DNA of 45,983 nucleotides from contig CAWJAN010000004.1 of NCBI GenBank assembly GCA_963840885.1, positions 1-45,983 on the forward strand, read 5' to 3'. Below the pieces are notes generated by a model. That model ran no database searches and had not been told where the DNA came from. It saw only the letters and a list, made by a program, of their open reading frames with translations. The position numbers were made by a program, and so were the translations under genes. The stretch is from an uncultured bacterium (GTDB lineage Bacteria > Patescibacteriota > Minisyncoccia > Phycocordibacterales > GWA1-40-21). Shown piece by piece: positions 42,015-45,983 of the stretch (its first letter is position 1; each line of letters begins with the position of its first letter).

Positions 42015-44637
42015 ATTTTCCTCTCCTCAAAACCCTTTTAAGGTATTTTCCTGTATAGGATTTTTCGTTCATCGCCACATCTTCAGGAGTTCCTCTCGCG
42101 ACGATTTCTCCGCCCTTGTCCCCGCCTTCCGGGCCGATATCTATTATGTAATCGGCATTTTTTATCAGGTCCATATTGTGCTCGATTACGACGACGGTAT
42201 TGCCGTTGTCCACGAGCTTCTGCAAAATTTCCACAAGTTTTTTCACGTCTTCATAGTGAAGGCCGATTGTCGGTTCATCTAGAAGATAAACCGTCCTGTG
42301 CAAATCCGGCCTATAAAGCTCGGAAGATATTTTTACTCTCTGTGCTTCGCCGCCGGAAAGAGTCGTCGCAGACTGGCCGAGCTTCAGATATCCAAGACCG
42401 ACTTCCATCAAGCATTTCAAGCGGTCATAAACCGCAGGCAAATCAACAAAAAACTCCAGCGCTTCTTCAACAGTCATTTCAAGGACCTGATGTATATTTT
42501 TTCCTTTATATTTAACTTCCAAAGTTTCTTTGCTGAATCTTTTTCCATGGCAGATATCGCAAGGCACGTAAACGGTCGGCAAGAAATGCATTTCCACTTC
42601 TATCATGCCGTTGCCCTCGCAATTTTCGCAGCGGCCGCCCTTTACGTTGAAAGAAAACCTGTTGGCTTTCCAGCCTCTTTCGCGGGCCATGACAGAATTC
42701 GCGAACATGTCGCGTATGAAAGTCCAGCAGCCTGTGTAGGTGGCCGGATTCGAGCGAGGAGTCCTGCCTATCGGCGACTGGTCTATCATTATGGCTCGGC
42801 TTACATATTCCGTTCCGGAAAAGCTTGCGCAATTGAATATTTCCGCTGTCCGCTTTTTCCTCTCGAGCTTGGCTTCCAGGTTTCTGTTTAGGATTTCATA
42901 TACGAATGACGATTTACCAGAACCGGAAACGCCTGTGACTACGACAAATTTGCCGAGCGGCACGTCGACATTCATATTCTTTATATTGAAAATATTTCCG
43001 CTACGGACTTTTATCTTGCCTTTGTCTTCATTCCTTCTTTTCTTCGGGATTTCTATCATCTTGTCTCCGCGAAGATAATCGAGCGTAAGCGAGCCGGATT
43101 CGTTTTTCTTTGCAGTCAAAAGCTCTTCCATATTGCCGCTTACGACTACATGTCCGCCGTGGACTCCGGCGCCAGGACCGATATCCACAAGATGATCAGA
43201 TGCATACATGGTGTCTTCATCGTGCTCAACAACAATAATCGTATTGCCTAGATCTCGGAGATTTATAAGCGTTTTTATGAGCTTGTCATTGTCTCTCTGG
43301 TGAAGTCCGATTGTCGGCTCATCAAGCACATACAAAGCGCCGACAAGACCTGACCCAAGCTGCGAAGCCAAGCGGATTCTCTGCGCCTCTCCGCCTGAGA
43401 GCGTATTTGCCCTCCTGTCGAGAGAAAGATATTCTATTCCGACATCTATCATAAACTGCAAACGCGCATCTATTTCTTTCAAAATTATTCTTGCAATTTC
43501 CTGTTCAACCTCGGTAAGCTCCAGTTCTTCTATGAAAGTTTTTGCGTCTTTGATTGATTTTGCCGTATACTCGACGATATTTATTCCGTTTATATGCACG
43601 TGCAGAGCTTCCTCGCGTAGGCGGGCGCCGTGGCAGGTTTCGCAAAGCTCATCTGTGAAAAAATCTTTTGTGCCGAGTCCGTGGCATGTCGGGCATGCAC
43701 CGTAAGGAGAATTAAAAGAGAAAAGACGCGGCTCGATTTCAGGATAAGAATATCCGTCGTAAGGGCACATGAATTTCACGGAAATCATCTTTTCTTCCGC
43801 CGGAGTTTCCACTTTCAAAAGGCCTTTGGATTCTTCAATGGCTTTTTCAACGGCATCCGAAAGCCTTTCCTTTATTCCAGCTTTTTTGCCTGCCCGTCCA
43901 GGGTCTTTGAATTCGCTTACGTAAAATTCGTCTATTAGGACGTCTATGTCATGATTCTTGTTTTTGGAAAGGATTATCTGGTTGCGGAGCTTGTAGACAT
44001 GCCCGTCCACTTTCACCTCGGTATATCCTTTTTCCAGAAGATCATAAAGAAGCTGGTAGTATTCGCCTTTTCTTCCTACGACTACAGGCGAATAAATCTT
44101 CACCTTATCGCTTGAAACATTTACGCCGAGGATTTCTTTTGAAATTTTTCCAGTTTTCAAATGCGTGACGGTGTGGATTATCGTTTCCAAAATTTCTTCT
44201 TTGGAAAGCTTCTTTATTTCGCGGTTGCAGATAAGGCAATGCGGCTTGCCGATTCTGGCGTAAAGGATTCTCAGATAATCGTAAATTTCCGTGATGGTGG
44301 CCACGGTCGAGCGAGGATTATTGGAGCGTGATTTCTGGTCTATGGAAATGGATGGCGAAAGGCCCTGGATTTCGTCCACGTCCGGCTTCTGCATCTGGTG
44401 AAGAAATTGCCTTGCATATGAAGAAAGAGATTCCACGTATCTGCGCTGCCCTTCGGCGAAAATTGTATCAAAAGCAAAAGATGACTTTCCGGAGCCGGAA
44501 ATTCCCGTGACGGCAATCATCTTATTGCGAGGCATCTCAACAGTGATATTTTTCAGATTATGCGTGCGCGCTCCTTTAACCACGATTTTGCTCGCTCCTT
44601 CATTGAAACCTGTTTTTGTTGTTTTTTTCTTGTCCAT
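42013..44637 (-). CDS. uvrA: Excinuclease ABC subunit A
   Basis: GARTHNLKN, two Walker A GSGKSS, two LSGGEAQR signatures, zinc fingers, DIGPEGGDKGG. Confidence 0.98.
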   Translation of the reverse strand: MDKKKTTKTGFNEGASKIVVKGARTHNLKNITVEMPRNKMIAVTGISGSGKSSFAFDTIFAEGQRRYVESLSSYARQFLHQMQKPDVDEIQGLSPSISIDQKSRSNNPRSTVATITEIYDYLRILYARIGKPHCLICNREIKKLSKEEILETIIHTVTHLKTGKISKEILGVNVSSDKVKIYSPVVVGRKGEYYQLLYDLLEKGYTEVKVDGHVYKLRNQIILSKNKNHDIDVLIDEFYVSEFKDPGRAGKKAGIKERLSDAVEKAIEESKGLLKVETPAEEKMISVKFMCPYDGYSYPEIEPRLFSFNSPYGACPTCHGLGTKDFFTDELCETCHGARLREEALHVHINGINIVEYTAKSIKDAKTFIEELELTEVEQEIARIILKEIDARLQFMIDVGIEYLSLDRRANTLSGGEAQRIRLASQLGSGLVGALYVLDEPTIGLHQRDNDKLIKTLINLRDLGNTIIVVEHDEDTMYASDHLVDIGPGAGVHGGHVVVSGNMEELLTAKKNESGSLTLDYLRGDKMIEIPKKRRNEDKGKIKVRSGNIFNIKNMNVDVPLGKFVVVTGVSGSGKSSFVYEILNRNLEAKLERKKRTAEIFNCASFSGTEYVSRAIMIDQSPIGRTPRSNPATYTGCWTFIRDMFANSVMARERGWKANRFSFNVKGGRCENCEGNGMIEVEMHFLPTVYVPCDICHGKRFSKETLEVKYKGKNIHQVLEMTVEEALEFFVDLPAVYDRLKCLMEVGLGYLKLGQSATTLSGGEAQRVKISSELYRPDLHRTVYLLDEPTIGLHYEDVKKLVEILQKLVDNGNTVVVIEHNMDLIKNADYIIDIGPEGGDKGGEIVARGTPEDVAMNEKSYTGKYLKRVLRRGK

Positions 44638-44822
44638 CCCATTCAGAAAATCTTAAATAATATAAAATTTTGTTTAAAATTATTTATTAAATTAACCCTT
44701 AATTCTTGCGTATATCCAATTCCGTTGGATTTCTAACGGGACAAGTATATACATTAAATCCCCCCTCGGTTCACTCATAGGGGTTTGTATAGAGCATATT
44801 ACTATGGTTTTAAAATCTGTCA

Positions 44823-44853
44823 AAAAAGCCGGCCGCTTACGCGGCCGGCTTTT
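44823..44853 (-). terminator. Terminator after the response regulator
   Basis: AAAAGCCGGCCGC-TTAC-GCGGCCGGCTTTT. Confidence 0.85.
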
Positions 44854-44872
44854 AAGTATTTTGATATTTATA

Positions 44873-45268
44873 TTACGCAGCTTTTGCTCCTCCGAGAACT
44901 TCTGATGCGGCGTCCACGACATCATCCAGAGAAAGTATGGCTTTTACCAAGAATTTCTTTACGCCGAGCGCCATTCCGCGGTCCACGTCTTTTTTCTGGC
45001 CGAGGTTTGAAAGAATTATGACAGGAGCTTTTTTCATGCTTGCATCCTTGTTCATCGTGTCGATGACCTGGAAACCGTCCACTTTAGGCAAAAGGAGATC
45101 GCATATGACTATGTCATATTGGTTTTTCTTAAGCATATCTATCGCCTGTTCACCGTCTGCAGCATGATCCAAAGCACCTTTTTCTTCGGCTATCTTCTGG
45201 GCAAGCATCTGGCTAAGGAGCACGTCGTCTTCCACTAAAAGTATTTTCTTGTTTTCTAATTTTGCCAT
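44873..45268 (-). CDS. Single-domain response regulator (receiver only)
   Basis: ILLVEDD, CDLLLPKVDG (phospho-Asp), IILSN, FLVK. Confidence 0.93.
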   Translation of the reverse strand: MAKLENKKILLVEDDVLLSQMLAQKIAEEKGALDHAADGEQAIDMLKKNQYDIVICDLLLPKVDGFQVIDTMNKDASMKKAPVIILSNLGQKKDVDRGMALGVKKFLVKAILSLDDVVDAASEVLGGAKAA

Positions 45269-45319
45269 TCCTGTTTTATTAAAATTTTTATGTCTTCTTA
45301 TTATATCAATATTAAAATG

Positions 45320-45983
45320 CTAGTCCAGAGGCAGAGTTATGGTGATGGTCGTTCCCTTTCCCACTCCTTCGGATTCCACTTTTATAGTGCCCTTGTGGAG
45401 CTCCACTATCTGCTTCGTGGTATAAAGGCCGGTGCCATTCTCTCCCGGGTCAAGCGTTTTGGCATTCTGTCCGCGGCGGAATTTTTCAAACAAGTGCGCC
45501 ATGTCTTCCGGGCTTATGCCGATGCCGCTGTCTTTCACTTTAAGAATGACATTGCCGTCTTCTTTTTCTATGGAAACCTTCACTTCGCCTTTAGGAGAAT
45601 AGCGGAAGGCATTGTCGAAAATATTCGTAAGCGCGATATCGAGCATCTTGTGGTCGGCATATACTATTGCCGAATCGCATTTATGGTAATCGAGCTTGGT
45701 TTCCTTTTCGGACATGAGAAAGTTCAGGTTCTTGAGGATTTCGTCCACGATATCACAGAGGTTTATCTTTTCTTTGTTGCCTCTGTAAATATCGGCGCTT
45801 TCCACGGACGATGATTTGAGGATATCGCTGACGATATTGATAGATTCAATTATTTTTTCATATCCCTGTTTCAGCAAATCTTTGTCTTTGAGCGTATCAT
45901 CGCGGAGCACGGTTTCAATCACCCAGCGCGCGGAGTTGAGCGGGGTGCGGAGCTTATGCGCAAGCGCAATGACAAAATTGTCC
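45320..45983 (-). CDS. Sensor histidine kinase, C-terminal part (5' end outside the window)
   Basis: H-box AHKLRTPL, N-box NIFDNAFRY, G1 DSGIGI, F-box FEKF, G2 GTGLY, GKGTT. Confidence 0.92.
   Translation of the reverse strand, partial: DNFVIALAHKLRTPLNSARWVIETVLRDDTLKDKDLLKQGYEKIIESINIVSDILKSSSVESADIYRGNKEKINLCDIVDEILKNLNFLMSEKETKLDYHKCDSAIVYADHKMLDIALTNIFDNAFRYSPKGEVKVSIEKEDGNVILKVKDSGIGISPEDMAHLFEKFRRGQNAKTLDPGENGTGLYTTKQIVELHKGTIKVESEGVGKGTTITITLPLD

Overview
Chromosomal housekeeping region of a small-genome bacterium. The gene content (compact RpoB/RpoC, K-rich RpoD N-terminus, short UvrC, single-chain helicase-nuclease, standalone SWIB protein, TGA used as stop) points to Patescibacteria/CPR, probably Parcubacteria; this is inference. 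It carries gltX (partial), cysS, dnaB, recR, pyrG, rpmA, rplI, rplU, uppP, rpoD-dnaG, rpoB-rpoC, ddl, uvrC, uvrA, tRNA-Ala(UGC) and a two-component pair. rpoB/rpoC are broken by many frameshifts confined to about 26.4-29.6 kb, most likely sequencing error. Most notable observations: (1) two expression grammars, with many conserved genes looking leaderless while scattered orphan ORFs each carry a promoter, strong Shine-Dalgarno and terminator; (2) an AT-rich in-frame zinc-ribbon insertion in CysRS; (3) a multi-stem structured element between rplU and pyrG; (4) a structured element after tRNA-Ala; (5) an ArsR-linked low-GC locus (secreted lipase, coupled membrane protein, TspO fusion) with a shared palindromic operator; (6) several ORFs under 60 aa absent from the ORF track. 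No CRISPR array, transposase, integrase or rRNA was seen. All calls are by-eye motif recognition without database searches.
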